A stretch of DNA of 64,000 nucleotides from Escherichia coli (GCA_902500125.1 GCA_902500125.1_4132.1); one strand, 5' to 3'; counted from the first letter of the stretch, positions 31,951-42,175 are shown. Notes: generated from the letters alone by a model not told the origin. Numbers and translations are program-made.

Positions 31951-32168
31951 ATCGTTACTACATTGTGTATGAGCATGTATCTGAGTTTAATAATGTACGT
32001 GGTTATAAGAAAGAAGTACAGAAGATTGATGTATTTGTTCGTGCATTAAGTCCAACACATGCACTATTTAAATTGTTTGATGAAGTAACTAAGTACAACA
32101 CACCAAAAACACAACGCTATATTGAAACAGTACATAGTGTAATACTCACTGAATATGATGGAGAATGA
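31947..32168 (+). CDS. hypothetical small protein
   Basis: track ORF. Confidence 0.5.
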   Translation: MNRYYIVYEHVSEFNNVRGYKKEVQKIDVFVRALSPTHALFKLFDEVTKYNTPKTQRYIETVHSVILTEYDGE

Positions 32169-32171
32169 CAA

Positions 32172-32390
32172 ATGAATTTATATCTAGTTGAAGGGTCAGT
32201 ACAAGTATCCAAGCAAGACGGAGAAGGGTATCGTTTTTCACATGTAGAATATTTTAAGTACGTAGTAAAGGCCGATGGTCAGTACGACGCAGAAATTCAG
32301 GTTGAAGAATCATTCCGTAAGAAGAATGATATTGGTAAATTTGAATACCAAGACTTACAATTCACTGTATGGCCTAGCATTAATGACTAA
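32172..32390 (+). CDS. hypothetical small protein
   Basis: track ORF. Confidence 0.5.
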   Translation: MNLYLVEGSVQVSKQDGEGYRFSHVEYFKYVVKADGQYDAEIQVEESFRKKNDIGKFEYQDLQFTVWPSIND

Positions 32391-32629
32391 GATGTGGTGG
32401 TGTCATGGTGTCTACAATGTCTATGAATATGGTAGATTCAAAATGAGCAGCACCTATGCCAGACGTGTTAATGCGAAAAACCAAGTTGATGCTGCTTGTG
32501 AGATTGTAGAGTGGTATGCAGAGTTCAATGCAATTGATTTTATGTACGAAATAGTTACAATAAATGTTGTACAAATTGACACGTCTTTGATATAATAACT
32601 GTATCAAAACAACCGCAACTGAGGATACT

Positions 32630-33292
32630 ATGTTAGTTAATCTTAATTTCATCACTTCTCCTGATTGGGCATTGCGTGGTGTTTCTTTGAACTTTAAAGA
32701 AACTAATTTCGACTACATTGGTGATTGTACTTTAGTTAATGCTACATTTGATCCTCATCATCCTTTTTGGGCTGAAATTCATGATCCTAATGTAAACAAT
32801 AGTACATCTGTTATGACTATTGTACAGACGAAACATACAGGTATCCTCGCAGGTTACAGACCAGGACATGCGATTGAACACTTCACTGATTATGATGTAG
32901 TAGATGAGTATCCAATGATCCATGAAGATGGAAGTTTATACACGTCAGAAGACTTCCGTGCTATCTTTAATAGTACTGATGACATTCTACCAAGTGGTCG
33001 TCCACGCCCTGAGTCTTATCTTATGCACTCGTCTTATGGTGTAGCAGATACGCTTGAACAGATTTTGACGAAGTACAAGAACCTTATTGAAGGTCCTGAA
33101 GAAATTGTCATGTGCTATCATCCAGTACTGAAGTCTGACCAACCAGAGAGTGGTGGGTGGCGTTGGCATAAGAATGGTGAGTACATCGGTACTAAGCGTA
33201 GTAAAGAACGCTTTGAGTACTTGTATGATGAGCCAGATGTTGAGGTTGTTTTATGTTATAATTTTCTTAAGGTGAAAAAGAAATGTATCTAG
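32630..33292 (+). CDS. hypothetical protein (220 aa)
   Basis: track ORF; RBS GAGGATA. Confidence 0.55.
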   Translation: MLVNLNFITSPDWALRGVSLNFKETNFDYIGDCTLVNATFDPHHPFWAEIHDPNVNNSTSVMTIVQTKHTGILAGYRPGHAIEHFTDYDVVDEYPMIHEDGSLYTSEDFRAIFNSTDDILPSGRPRPESYLMHSSYGVADTLEQILTKYKNLIEGPEEIVMCYHPVLKSDQPESGGWRWHKNGEYIGTKRSKERFEYLYDEPDVEVVLCYNFLKVKKKCI

Positions 33293-33525
33293 TATTGAGT
33301 TTTGTAGTTGCATTATTGTTTATGTTCTACCCTACACTAGTAGCAGTAGCCACTAAACGAAAGCTGGTGGATATCACTACTGTATTCTTGCTAAACGTGG
33401 CACTCGTTCTAGTGTCTATTATCATTCCCGTGAGCTTTACGGTTATTGATATTATTTCGGTATTACTCTTCGTGTTAAGTTATCTTATGCTTATTGAAGA
33501 AACAAATGTTGACAAACGTTCGTAG
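33283..33525 (+). CDS. small membrane protein
   Basis: track ORF; hydrophobic throughout. Confidence 0.5.
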   Translation: MYLVLSFVVALLFMFYPTLVAVATKRKLVDITTVFLLNVALVLVSIIIPVSFTVIDIISVLLFVLSYLMLIEETNVDKRS

Positions 33526-33582
33526 TACTGTATAATGGTTCCTGTAGTCTGAAACTTAACACTTAAACTTGAGGTAAAAAAT

Positions 33583-33909
33583 ATGCTATCAGTACTAATT
33601 TCAATTCCGTCTTTAATTCTGATTTGGCTTCTGGTTTACGAATGCTTTATTACTGATGATAATGATAAAAAAGAGTTCTCTGAGTTGTTTATGCTTGATT
33701 CACCGATTGTGCGTATTTTCTATACAGTCGTTGTGGTTTCAGTAATTGTATGGGTTTTGAGTTTTATCTTCCCACTCGGTGCAGTAGTTAAAACTTTGGA
33801 TTTAGTTGAGAACTTTGTTGCAATTATGTGGCTAATCAAAGCACTATTTGCAGGAAATGTTAAAATTTGGATTGATATTATCAAATTCAAGTTCACGAAT
33901 AAGATGTAA
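33583..33909 (+). CDS. small membrane protein
   Basis: track ORF; RBS GAGGTAAAA; hydrophobic segments. Confidence 0.5.
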   Translation: MLSVLISIPSLILIWLLVYECFITDDNDKKEFSELFMLDSPIVRIFYTVVVVSVIVWVLSFIFPLGAVVKTLDLVENFVAIMWLIKALFAGNVKIWIDIIKFKFTNKM

Positions 33910-33987
33910 CAGTGAAAATATCTCTATAGTATTAAATACTTCTGTACATATATATAGTACAGAAGTATTTCTCGTTAGAGGTTTGTT

Positions 33988-34347
33988 ATGAAGAGTTATA
34001 TAAAATTAATAGCACTTGTGTGTGCATTATTTTCATGTTTTAGTTATGGTGCAGCAGCAGAAACATATTGTCGTAGTACTAAGGGAACGTGGCATGTATT
34101 GACTAACGACCCTAGAAATGGTAAAAATATAGTTGTTGATGGTGTGATTTATCGTTTTAAAGTAGCAAGTATTATCGGTAATAAAAAAATCTCGACTTAT
34201 AGAGATGATTCTGGTACATTAGCAAACGTAATATTAATTGTAGACCCAAGAACTGGTAATGGTGATATCTATATAGTAATTTACTTGGACTCATCGGTAC
34301 GCCGTGACCTAGATATAGATAAATTGAACTTACACTGTGAAATATAG
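33988..34347 (+). CDS. secreted hypothetical protein
   Basis: track ORF; signal-peptide-like N-terminus ..CFSYGAAA-ETY. Confidence 0.5.
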   Translation: MKSYIKLIALVCALFSCFSYGAAAETYCRSTKGTWHVLTNDPRNGKNIVVDGVIYRFKVASIIGNKKISTYRDDSGTLANVILIVDPRTGNGDIYIVIYLDSSVRRDLDIDKLNLHCEI

Positions 34348-34358
34348 GACTTAAAAAA

Positions 34359-34736
34359 ATGGTAAACACTATTTTACTTTTGTTGTTGAATATTCCAATT
34401 ATTCTGTCTTTTTTAATTTCTATTTTTATGGCAGGATATTGTTTAGTTGCAGTAATTCATTTCATTTTAACAAACAAATATGTCCTAATTTCTAAGCTTG
34501 ATTCTATTTTTGCTTGCGATTCGATTGCTTATAACTTGTGGTTAATTTGTTCTTGCATTATGGGAGTAACTTTCCTTCTGTATGTATTTGATGTCCTTGA
34601 CCAAAAGTTCGTATATATCAGTACTGGATTGGCTCTTTATCCTGCTACGTGGTACTTGATTTACGTTGGTGATATATGGTATAGTACTTATAAAGAATAT
34701 CAGTACAAGAAATCACTTAACGTTGGAGGAAAATAA
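34359..34736 (+). CDS. multi-pass membrane protein
   Basis: track ORF. Confidence 0.5.
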   Translation: MVNTILLLLLNIPIILSFLISIFMAGYCLVAVIHFILTNKYVLISKLDSIFACDSIAYNLWLICSCIMGVTFLLYVFDVLDQKFVYISTGLALYPATWYLIYVGDIWYSTYKEYQYKKSLNVGGK

Positions 34737-34738
34737 TC

Positions 34739-35089
34739 ATGAAAATTATTTTATTTTTTGTATGTATGTTAATGTGTGGATTGTCATATGCTGAACCATT
34801 GGAAGGTTTAGTTTGTACAGATGGTAATATTAAACATATCTATCAAGGTGATAGTGACGATCGAGATATTGTATATATTGATGGACAATCATATACGTTT
34901 GTTAAAGAGCATACAGTAGGCGACATTAGCTTCACTGAGTTTTCTAACGACACAGACCCTAACTTCTTAGCGTTTATTGAAGTAGATGTATATGAAGATA
35001 GTAATGGTACACAATATGCTAAATTAGTTATGATGCGTCGTGGTGCTAAAGAAACTAGTTTTGGTGGCTTGTGTAAATATAAGGATTGA
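34739..35089 (+). CDS. secreted hypothetical protein
   Basis: track ORF; signal-peptide-like N-terminus ..GLSYA-EPL. Confidence 0.5.
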   Translation: MKIILFFVCMLMCGLSYAEPLEGLVCTDGNIKHIYQGDSDDRDIVYIDGQSYTFVKEHTVGDISFTEFSNDTDPNFLAFIEVDVYEDSNGTQYAKLVMMRRGAKETSFGGLCKYKD

Positions 35090-35093
35090 TATT

Positions 35094-35285
35094 ATGTTGA
35101 TTTATCAAAGTGATAATATTCGTGTTATGCAGCATCCCTACTTACAAATCTTTGATGTGCAGCAGTATATGGAAGGTGATGACCCAAGAACCTATGGTCG
35201 TAAGTATGATTACTTCACTGTAAAGCAGTGTAATAATATTAACGAAGTACGACAATTAGTTCAAGAACTTCAAAACAAAGGTTGA
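35094..35285 (+). CDS. hypothetical small protein
   Basis: track ORF 35040..35285 trimmed to ATG after AAGGA RBS. Confidence 0.45.
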   Translation: MLIYQSDNIRVMQHPYLQIFDVQQYMEGDDPRTYGRKYDYFTVKQCNNINEVRQLVQELQNKG

Positions 35286-35310
35286 CTTCGGTCAGCCTTT
35301 TTTGTTATAA
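35280..35310 (+). terminator. terminator hairpin GGTTGACTTCGGTCAGCC plus T6, overlapping a promoter (TTGACT in stem, TATAAT 18 bp downstream)
   Basis: hairpin, T-run and hexamers read directly; module recurs 5 times in window. Confidence 0.6.
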
Positions 35311-35339
35311 TTCTCTTAATAAATTAGAGGATTTTAATT

Positions 35340-35780
35340 ATGTATGTATATCGTTTTGAACTTAAATTTAGTTACATTGAACCTAACTTAGATCCTGCAC
35401 GAACTGTAGGTCCGTTTGCACGGTATTCAACCAGATACAGTACTAAAAATGGATTTGACCGTTTGCTTATGACTACACCTTCTCAATTCCAACCTGAACC
35501 AACTGAGGATGGGATCTATTCAATCAAAAGTGGATGGGTATTTGGCTGTCAAAGTTTGAAAGATTTGTTCAGATTCTTCACTATGGACTTAGGTAAATTG
35601 CATCGTGCTGGGTTTGCTATATCTGTATATGAAGTTCCAGACCACCATGTAGACATTGGTCGTAATCAGGTTCAGTACTATTGCGGTAGTGCTAAATTAG
35701 TTCGTATCATGTCAGTTAAGGAAGCAAAGGATGAGTTCCGACAAAGTAAAAGAGAAACACATGAGGTAATATATGGATAA
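35340..35780 (+). CDS. hypothetical protein
   Basis: track ORF; RBS GAGGA. Confidence 0.55.
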   Translation: MYVYRFELKFSYIEPNLDPARTVGPFARYSTRYSTKNGFDRLLMTTPSQFQPEPTEDGIYSIKSGWVFGCQSLKDLFRFFTMDLGKLHRAGFAISVYEVPDHHVDIGRNQVQYYCGSAKLVRIMSVKEAKDEFRQSKRETHEVIYG

Positions 35781-36117
35781 AACTCAAATAGAATTAAAGA
35801 AATTTGTTTCATTCTATCTTCCTGATGACCCACGTAATTCACAAAAAGATATTGAATATTATAATATCCTATCTAAACAGTTAATGAGAAAGTTTCAACA
35901 GTGTTTAACTATATTCAATACAGATGGAAGACGTAGATACCGAATCGTTTCAATGAATGATGAAAACGCAAATTTCTTTGATTACGATGTAGTTTTTAGA
36001 GCATATAATGATGATCGTATAAAATTAAATTATGATCAAATTATACTTGACCTGAATGTTATATGTGTTATAATCACTCACGTAGCCGAACTTAATGGTT
36101 TTAAAGAATGGTATTGA
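35773..36117 (+). CDS. hypothetical protein
   Basis: track ORF. Confidence 0.5.
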   Translation: MDKTQIELKKFVSFYLPDDPRNSQKDIEYYNILSKQLMRKFQQCLTIFNTDGRRRYRIVSMNDENANFFDYDVVFRAYNDDRIKLNYDQIILDLNVICVIITHVAELNGFKEWY

Positions 36118-36131
36118 ATAGAGGATAACAT

Positions 36132-36398
36132 ATGAAGCTTAAATTACAATATAATGGATTTACTTTACGTAATGATACTGAATTTATTAATCGTTCTCCT
36201 GGTGCTGAACTGTTTTTACGAGAGATGAACATTCCTTTCATCATTACTACAGTGGGCGACCGTGAAGTTCTACAATATGCAGAGCATCCGATTATTGATG
36301 TTCCTTGGTACTCTGAGCATATGTACATGGATATGGCACGTCGCTACAACTGTAAGTTCGTAGTTGAAGGTGATAAAATTACAGTCGAATTTAAATAA
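36132..36398 (+). CDS. hypothetical protein
   Basis: track ORF; RBS GAGGATAA. Confidence 0.55.
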   Translation: MKLKLQYNGFTLRNDTEFINRSPGAELFLREMNIPFIITTVGDREVLQYAEHPIIDVPWYSEHMYMDMARRYNCKFVVEGDKITVEFK

Positions 36399-36409
36399 GG
36401 TAAATTAAA

Positions 36410-36703
36410 ATGATCAGTACTTCAGTTAATGAAAGCATCGTCGCTGACGTAGAAATGGTTAAAGAATGTGCAGATGAAACTCTTCGTGATATGTACATTA
36501 ATGATTTAATTACTGAATACGGTAGTCGTGGTGTACACGAATTTATTCGTTTAAGTGGAGAGTTGATGAAAAATCGAATTCGTATGAAGCTTAACGTACA
36601 TCCAAAAGCATGGGCATTTACATTAAAATACGCAGAAGATATTGTGAATTTGCGTCGAACTGAAGTATATGAACGTTTACACAATGGTATGTTAGATAAA
36701 TGA
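36410..36703 (+). CDS. hypothetical protein
   Basis: track ORF. Confidence 0.5.
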   Translation: MISTSVNESIVADVEMVKECADETLRDMYINDLITEYGSRGVHEFIRLSGELMKNRIRMKLNVHPKAWAFTLKYAEDIVNLRRTEVYERLHNGMLDK

Positions 36704-36755
36704 TTGTAAAATAGGAATTCTTAAATGAATTCCTTTTTGTTTATAAGGTATAGTA

Positions 36756-36977
36756 ATGAAATATATAGTACTTGTACTGATATTATTCAGTACTGTTGTA
36801 AGTGCTAAACAAAAAGAATATATTAAATGTATAAATTATGAAGAGAAATATGTTGAAACATATAAAAAAAGTATAATTAAAAACGTTTCGATTACTAACA
36901 GAGCAACAATCATTGTACTTAAAAATGGGTTAATTATGCTATATAAACCACACGTTAAATGTGAAATTATTAATTGA
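36756..36977 (+). CDS. small secreted protein
   Basis: track ORF; signal-peptide-like N-terminus ..TVVSA-KQK. Confidence 0.5.
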   Translation: MKYIVLVLILFSTVVSAKQKEYIKCINYEEKYVETYKKSIIKNVSITNRATIIVLKNGLIMLYKPHVKCEIIN

Positions 36978-36984
36978 GGAAATT

Positions 36985-37557
36985 ATGAATCGTAAAGGTC
37001 GTTTTAAAGTATCAAAAAAGAACAAAAGTTCTAGGTTTAAACCTATTGTTTTAACAGTTAAATCTAACAAAGATTTAACTGCACTTAGTAAAAAGATAAT
37101 TTCATCTAAGATTGAAGTATCATACGTAAATTCATTAAAATATATGAATGTCAAACCACTGGACCAACTCATTTCACTTATATTTGAACGTAATGATTTT
37201 GAGATATCAGTAGATGATTATAGAGCCTATAATGCTGGTTTCATTAATGTTACTTGTAATAAAAAACTAACTGAGTTGGAAAATTTGTCATGTATAATAA
37301 ATCTAGATAAAGGTGTTGTGAAGTACCATTTTGTACATTTCACTAATATCAATAATGGAATGGGTGTACAATCCAGACCTATAGTGCCTACGTGTGATGT
37401 TACTAAATTAGCAAAGCTCAATGATGAAGAATATTTTCAAGAAAGCATTGTAACTGAGCATTTAGATGATATAATAGCTACTTACAAAGAATGCATATGG
37501 GTGTTGAATGCTATAAAACCTAAATTGTGTTTAATGAATATTGTTCGTGATTTATGA
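36985..37557 (+). CDS. hypothetical protein, EExFQxSTV-motif family
   Basis: track ORF 36961..37557 trimmed to ATG after GAGGAAA; NDEEYFQESIVTEH motif. Confidence 0.55.
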   Translation: MNRKGRFKVSKKNKSSRFKPIVLTVKSNKDLTALSKKIISSKIEVSYVNSLKYMNVKPLDQLISLIFERNDFEISVDDYRAYNAGFINVTCNKKLTELENLSCIINLDKGVVKYHFVHFTNINNGMGVQSRPIVPTCDVTKLAKLNDEEYFQESIVTEHLDDIIATYKECIWVLNAIKPKLCLMNIVRDL

Positions 37558-37570
37558 ATGGGGAATCGTA

Positions 37571-38014
37571 ATGAGTTGGGTAAATGTTAATAGTATTGAA
37601 CTTAACGAACAAGATATTTTTGCATTTGTAAATTTAACTAATAACACAGTACTAAAAGGGCGTTTGTTCAGTGCGAGTGATGGATATAAATGGATCTCTT
37701 TGATGGATGATAGTGGTGTGATTTATAATGTAATGCAATTACCCCAATGGGTATATAGTAACACTGCCGACGATGTTCTTGCCGCAGTTATGCGTGAGTT
37801 TGAAAAACTCCCAGGTGGTGATATCAAAAACAAAGTTTTTAATGCAGAACGGAAAAATTATACAGCACAGCAGTTGGAATCCCTTGCCATTGCTGCTTAT
37901 CAAGCTGCTATTAAGAAGCCAGAGTGCGTTATTCTTAAGTATGTACCAGACTTAAAACTTACGTTGGAAGACATGGATGCATTCATTTTTACATCTGAAC
38001 TTGATCAGTACTAA
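37571..38014 (+). CDS. hypothetical protein
   Basis: track ORF 37541..38014 trimmed to ATG (MSWVNVN). Confidence 0.5.
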   Translation: MSWVNVNSIELNEQDIFAFVNLTNNTVLKGRLFSASDGYKWISLMDDSGVIYNVMQLPQWVYSNTADDVLAAVMREFEKLPGGDIKNKVFNAERKNYTAQQLESLAIAAYQAAIKKPECVILKYVPDLKLTLEDMDAFIFTSELDQY

Positions 38015-38129
38015 TTTAACTTTGGGACAACCATTCTTATTATGATATAATGTTTTATGTCATTCGATATAAATGACAACGGAACTATAAATATTATAGT
38101 AAAATTTATCTCTTATAGGAGTTATAAAA

Positions 38130-38513
38130 ATGGTTGGTAAATGGAATAAGAAAGATCCATCACATGATGTTGATATTTCTGGTCTAGACAATGCACATAA
38201 GCACAAGTATCTAGATTCACTAGGTCTTCTAAAACCAGACCAAAGTCTTGCACATGATCGTCCATCCCGTGAAAAAGCATTTAGCCTAGAATCACTAGGC
38301 CATGAGCTTAATCGTGTGTTTGAGGATCACCCAATCTATGTACGTGATATTATCGAGAAACTTAAAGTAACTCCTAAAGAGCACTTTAAAGCAACTGTAC
38401 ACTCTGCATTCCGTGCATTACATGAATCTCTAAAGAAAACTCACAATCTTCGTAAAATTCATGATGAAATCGTGAATGCAATCGAAAGTGAAAAACATAA
38501 GTTCAAGAAGTAA
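38130..38513 (+). CDS. hypothetical protein (paralogous to N-terminal region of 39859..41118)
   Basis: track ORF; shared YLDSLGLL / IIEKLKVTPKE motifs with 39859 ORF. Confidence 0.55.
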   Translation: MVGKWNKKDPSHDVDISGLDNAHKHKYLDSLGLLKPDQSLAHDRPSREKAFSLESLGHELNRVFEDHPIYVRDIIEKLKVTPKEHFKATVHSAFRALHESLKKTHNLRKIHDEIVNAIESEKHKFKK

Positions 38514-38520
38514 TAAAAAT

Positions 38521-38553
38521 GGTTGACTAAGGTCAGCCCTTTGTTGTATCATA
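38521..38553 (+). terminator. terminator/promoter module (GGTTGACTAAGGTCAGCC variant)
   Basis: hairpin plus T-rich tail; -10-like TATCAT 18 bp after TTGACT. Confidence 0.5.
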
Positions 38554-38703
38554 ACTTCTCAATATAACTGAGGTATCATATATGCAAGGTTTGAAATTTG
38601 TAGTTGCTGCCCTAATCGCTGCTGTTGTAGTGGGTACAGTATGTTATTCAATTGACACCTATATCAATACACCTAGTGTTGAACAAACCAAATAAGGGAT
38701 ATC

Positions 38704-38967
38704 ATGGCTGAAACATTATCACTATATGCGTTAGTACTGTTATTTGTCGGATTTCTTCCCGCACTCATTACAGCCATTCGTGTTGTTAAACATGAAGCTG
38801 CATTGATTGTATGTAGTATTGGGTCGAACATTCTATTGTATTTCTTTTTGACAAATACTATTGTACTGTTTGCTTTCTTTATCATGATTCTGTGGGTACT
38901 TGTAATTCTCGGATTCTTCATTTGGTCATTGGTTGATCCTAAGAAAAAATCAGGAGAAGTGAAATGA
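38704..38967 (+). CDS. multi-pass small membrane protein
   Basis: track ORF. Confidence 0.5.
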   Translation: MAETLSLYALVLLFVGFLPALITAIRVVKHEAALIVCSIGSNILLYFFLTNTIVLFAFFIMILWVLVILGFFIWSLVDPKKKSGEVK

Positions 38968-39260
38968 AATTAATTATAGCAATGATAATGTGTTTGGCTT
39001 TCCCTGTACTGGCTACTCCTAATCTGGACTGCACACTGTTGCGTTCAGATGGTGACACACTTGAAATCAACACATATGAACTCTTTGGTCCAAGTGTAGT
39101 GGAGAATGAAACCACCTACAATTTCAAAGCTATTGACTTTGAAGGTAATGTTCCAGTACTAACTACAATGACTATTGACAAAACTACTTTACTCGGACGA
39201 ATCACCACACAACGCGGAGAAAGTAAAACATTCACAGCGAAAGCTGACTGTAACTACTAA
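38964..39260 (+). CDS. small secreted protein
   Basis: track ORF; signal-peptide-like N-terminus ..FPVLA-TPN. Confidence 0.5.
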   Translation: MKLIIAMIMCLAFPVLATPNLDCTLLRSDGDTLEINTYELFGPSVVENETTYNFKAIDFEGNVPVLTTMTIDKTTLLGRITTQRGESKTFTAKADCNY

Positions 39261-39282
39261 TGGTATAGTACAGTGAAAATAG

Positions 39283-39312
39283 GGTTGACTTCGGTCAACC
39301 TTTATATATAAT
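39283..39312 (+). terminator. terminator/promoter module (GGTTGACTTCGGTCAACC)
   Basis: hairpin with TTGACT in stem; TATAAT 16 bp downstream. Confidence 0.55.
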
Positions 39313-39883
39313 GGAAGAAATAAACATGGAACGTTGGAAATTAATTCCTGATTATGACTATTCAATTTCTGATCATGGAAGAGTAAGAAACGAACAAACT
39401 GGATATATAAGTTGTGGATTTAAAAATAAAGATGGGTATGTGAAGGTCGATTTGTATCGCAATTCTGTGAAAAATAGAAAGGCGATTCATCGACTAGTAG
39501 CTGAAGCATTTTTACCACCACCCACACAGAAACAGTTACAGTGGGCGAGTAGAACAAAGAAAAAAGTTGTTCACATAAACCATAAAGATTGTAATAGAAG
39601 TAACAATCACTATTTGAATTTGGAATGGAACACAGCATCTGAAAACGTACTATATTCTTATTCACATGGTAACGCAACAACTAATCGTGGTGCTGCTGTG
39701 TTGACATGGGAAATTGTAAGAGAAATAAGAAAAGATTATAATGATAATTATAATGATGTGATAGAATATGCACGAGAAAATTGTAATAAATACCGTGTAT
39801 GTAAAAAAAACAATACGTCGTATTTTATACAATCAAACATGGATAGAGGATTAAAAATATGCCACAAGATAATGGGGATATGA
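39311..39883 (+). CDS. HNH homing endonuclease-like protein
   Basis: track ORF; N-terminal W..IPDYDYSISDHGRVRN and AIHRLVAEAF motifs typical of phage HNH/NUMOD-type endonucleases (recall-based). Confidence 0.55.
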   Translation: MEEINMERWKLIPDYDYSISDHGRVRNEQTGYISCGFKNKDGYVKVDLYRNSVKNRKAIHRLVAEAFLPPPTQKQLQWASRTKKKVVHINHKDCNRSNNHYLNLEWNTASENVLYSYSHGNATTNRGAAVLTWEIVREIRKDYNDNYNDVIEYARENCNKYRVCKKNNTSYFIQSNMDRGLKICHKIMGI

Positions 39884-41118
39884 AACATCGTAATGGTGGA
39901 CTAGTACAACACTCGGATAAATGGGCCGACCGAAATCGTCGCAAAAATAGTTATCAAGCAGGACAAGGTTCACGTGGTTCCAGAAACCAAGGAACGGGAC
40001 TTGCTGGTAAGGCAAACGCAGAAGCAGGTGAAGTTAAGAGTACTGAGAACATGACTGAGCTAGAAAAGCTACGTTATGTTAATTCATTGGGACTTCTTAA
40101 TGCTACACAAAAACAACGTCTAGCTGATATGGAACGTGAAGAAAAAGAAAAGTCTGCTCCTGCGAAAGAAGAACCAAAACAAGAAGCACCAAAGGCGGTT
40201 AACCCTGTCAAAGAACTGTCTGATAAGTTAGGTAAGATTTTTGCTAATAAACCACAACTTATCCAAGGTATTGTGAAAGAATTGCAATCTGTACCTAAAG
40301 AAGAATTAAAAGTCAAAGCACAAGCTGTACTTGATGCAATGAGTGGAAATACCAGTACTGAACCAACTGAAGTATTCAGTACTATAATGCGTGCACTTGA
40401 AGGTACGCAACAAGGTGATGTGCCTGCACAAGAGGAAGTAAGTCTTGAAAGCGTACTTAAAACATTTGATAGTATTGGTAAAGAAGACCGTGCTAATGCT
40501 CAACAAGTTAAGAATGTACTAGCTAAGTTAGAAAACCGTCTGGAAGGTAAAGACGATAAGATTAAATTAGTATCTGATGCAGTTAACGATGCACTTAAAT
40601 CTTATGTACAAGGTGAAAAGAGTCGTTTTGTAACTGCAATGGATGCTGCATTCAATACTATGAAAAAGTATGAAGCTGATCATGGTGAGAAGGTTACACG
40701 AGATGGTTATCTGATGCGTGATGATGAAGAAGGTGCAGTAGAACAGAATGATGTTCATTCAGACGAAGAAATTGATGACATGGAAGCTGAACTGTCACAA
40801 GACCGCCAAATGACTGAAAAATCCCATAACGAACTACAGAAATTAATGCAATGGGTTGCAGATGTTGGTGAAAAAGCTGGTGCTGATAAGAAGAGTATAA
40901 ACCGAAATCTTAGTTGGATTAAAGATAAAGTTGGTAACAACGCTCGTAAACTACAAAAAGCGTGGACTGATGTAGTGAATGGTGCTGTTGACATTGATGT
41001 TGAATCCGGTGAGGCATATGATTATGCATTGACTACACTTGATGACTCTTTCCGTGATTACGAAAATGGAAATGTAACTCCTTGGGAAAAGGATATCATG
41101 AGCAAATACGGTAAATGA
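39859..41118 (+). CDS. hypothetical charged protein (419 aa)
   Basis: track ORF; Gly/Ser/Arg-rich N-terminus then K/E-rich region; paralogous segment to 38130 ORF. Confidence 0.6.
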   Translation: MPQDNGDMKHRNGGLVQHSDKWADRNRRKNSYQAGQGSRGSRNQGTGLAGKANAEAGEVKSTENMTELEKLRYVNSLGLLNATQKQRLADMEREEKEKSAPAKEEPKQEAPKAVNPVKELSDKLGKIFANKPQLIQGIVKELQSVPKEELKVKAQAVLDAMSGNTSTEPTEVFSTIMRALEGTQQGDVPAQEEVSLESVLKTFDSIGKEDRANAQQVKNVLAKLENRLEGKDDKIKLVSDAVNDALKSYVQGEKSRFVTAMDAAFNTMKKYEADHGEKVTRDGYLMRDDEEGAVEQNDVHSDEEIDDMEAELSQDRQMTEKSHNELQKLMQWVADVGEKAGADKKSINRNLSWIKDKVGNNARKLQKAWTDVVNGAVDIDVESGEAYDYALTTLDDSFRDYENGNVTPWEKDIMSKYGK

Positions 41119-41127
41119 TAAAACAAA

Positions 41128-41158
41128 AGGTTGACTTCGGTCAGCCTTTTTTGTTATG
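41128..41158 (+). terminator. terminator/promoter module (GGTTGACTTCGGTCAGCC plus T6)
   Basis: identical hairpin to 35280 copy; TATGAT 18 bp after TTGACT. Confidence 0.6.
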
Positions 41159-41188
41159 ATGTTGGTATTAACTACAGAGGATAAAGTA

Positions 41189-41830
41189 ATGACTAAGCAA
41201 GACATATTCAAAACTTTAATTGACATTTTGCGTCCATCAAAAACTCGTTGTGCGATGGAGTTTGATATTCCTTATGCTGAACGCGTAATCTTTCCACAAG
41301 TTAAAGCTGCTGGACTTACTTTGCTTGGAATGGGGATGTACTCTGTAGTAGTTGAACATAAAAACTATCCTGGACGTGCATTTAAAGTAACCACTTCACG
41401 CTGGGATGGTTTTCGTGCTTATGCAAAGTACTGCATTGAAAACGCAGGAACCAAGTTTCTTCCAGTGATCTACAGTGCCAACGAACAAGGAAACTTTGGA
41501 TGGTATGAGATGGACAAGTACTATCCTATAATTAAACAAAAAAATAATTATGATGACTTTGTTAGTACTAAAATTGGAGATTTATATTCTTATGCACATG
41601 CTGGTCAGTACGCTACTTCAGTGAATGATATGCGTGGAAATTCTGAAGAGATTGCTATTGCAACGGTCGCTGCTAACATCATGAAAGAGTTTCACGGGCG
41701 TTTTGTACCAGACATTCATTCAAGTAATGTGATGATGGATAAAGATGGCAATGTATTCATTACTGATCCTCTTTCGTGTGATGTACGTAGAGAAATACCA
41801 GTTACTGAAGAAGATCCAGTTTTTTATTGA
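41189..41830 (+). CDS. protein-kinase-like protein (atypical)
   Basis: track ORF 41156..41830 trimmed to ATG after AGAGGATAA; Gly-rich loop LGMGMYSVV, AFKV lysine, catalytic-loop-like DIHSSNVMMDKDGNVFITDP. Confidence 0.45.
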   Translation: MTKQDIFKTLIDILRPSKTRCAMEFDIPYAERVIFPQVKAAGLTLLGMGMYSVVVEHKNYPGRAFKVTTSRWDGFRAYAKYCIENAGTKFLPVIYSANEQGNFGWYEMDKYYPIIKQKNNYDDFVSTKIGDLYSYAHAGQYATSVNDMRGNSEEIAIATVAANIMKEFHGRFVPDIHSSNVMMDKDGNVFITDPLSCDVRREIPVTEEDPVFY

Positions 41831-41891
41831 CAGAACTGATGTTCTGGTGTATTCTTAATAAACCATAAAAATTGCGGTAAAGGATAAAATC

Positions 41892-42173
41892 ATGCGTTCA
41901 TTTGAAAACTTAATAGGTAAGCATCTTTTATCTGAAATTGATGCAGACGTTAAAGAATTATCCAAATCAAAAAGTTACATTCATTTGGATGAACTGTTTA
42001 TTAAGTACGGTGAGATTGGTTTTAAGTCATTATTTGTTTTTACTATGAAAGTACATAGTTTAAAGTACTTCGATTTGAGTTCTAAAGATGGTGAACCGAA
42101 TCTATATTACATGTATTACCTTAAGAACAAAGATGAAGCTAATACATTACTCTCTGAATATATATTGGGGTAA
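41892..42173 (+). CDS. hypothetical protein
   Basis: track ORF; RBS AAAGGATAA. Confidence 0.55.
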   Translation: MRSFENLIGKHLLSEIDADVKELSKSKSYIHLDELFIKYGEIGFKSLFVFTMKVHSLKYFDLSSKDGEPNLYYMYYLKNKDEANTLLSEYILG

Positions 42174-42175
42174 AA

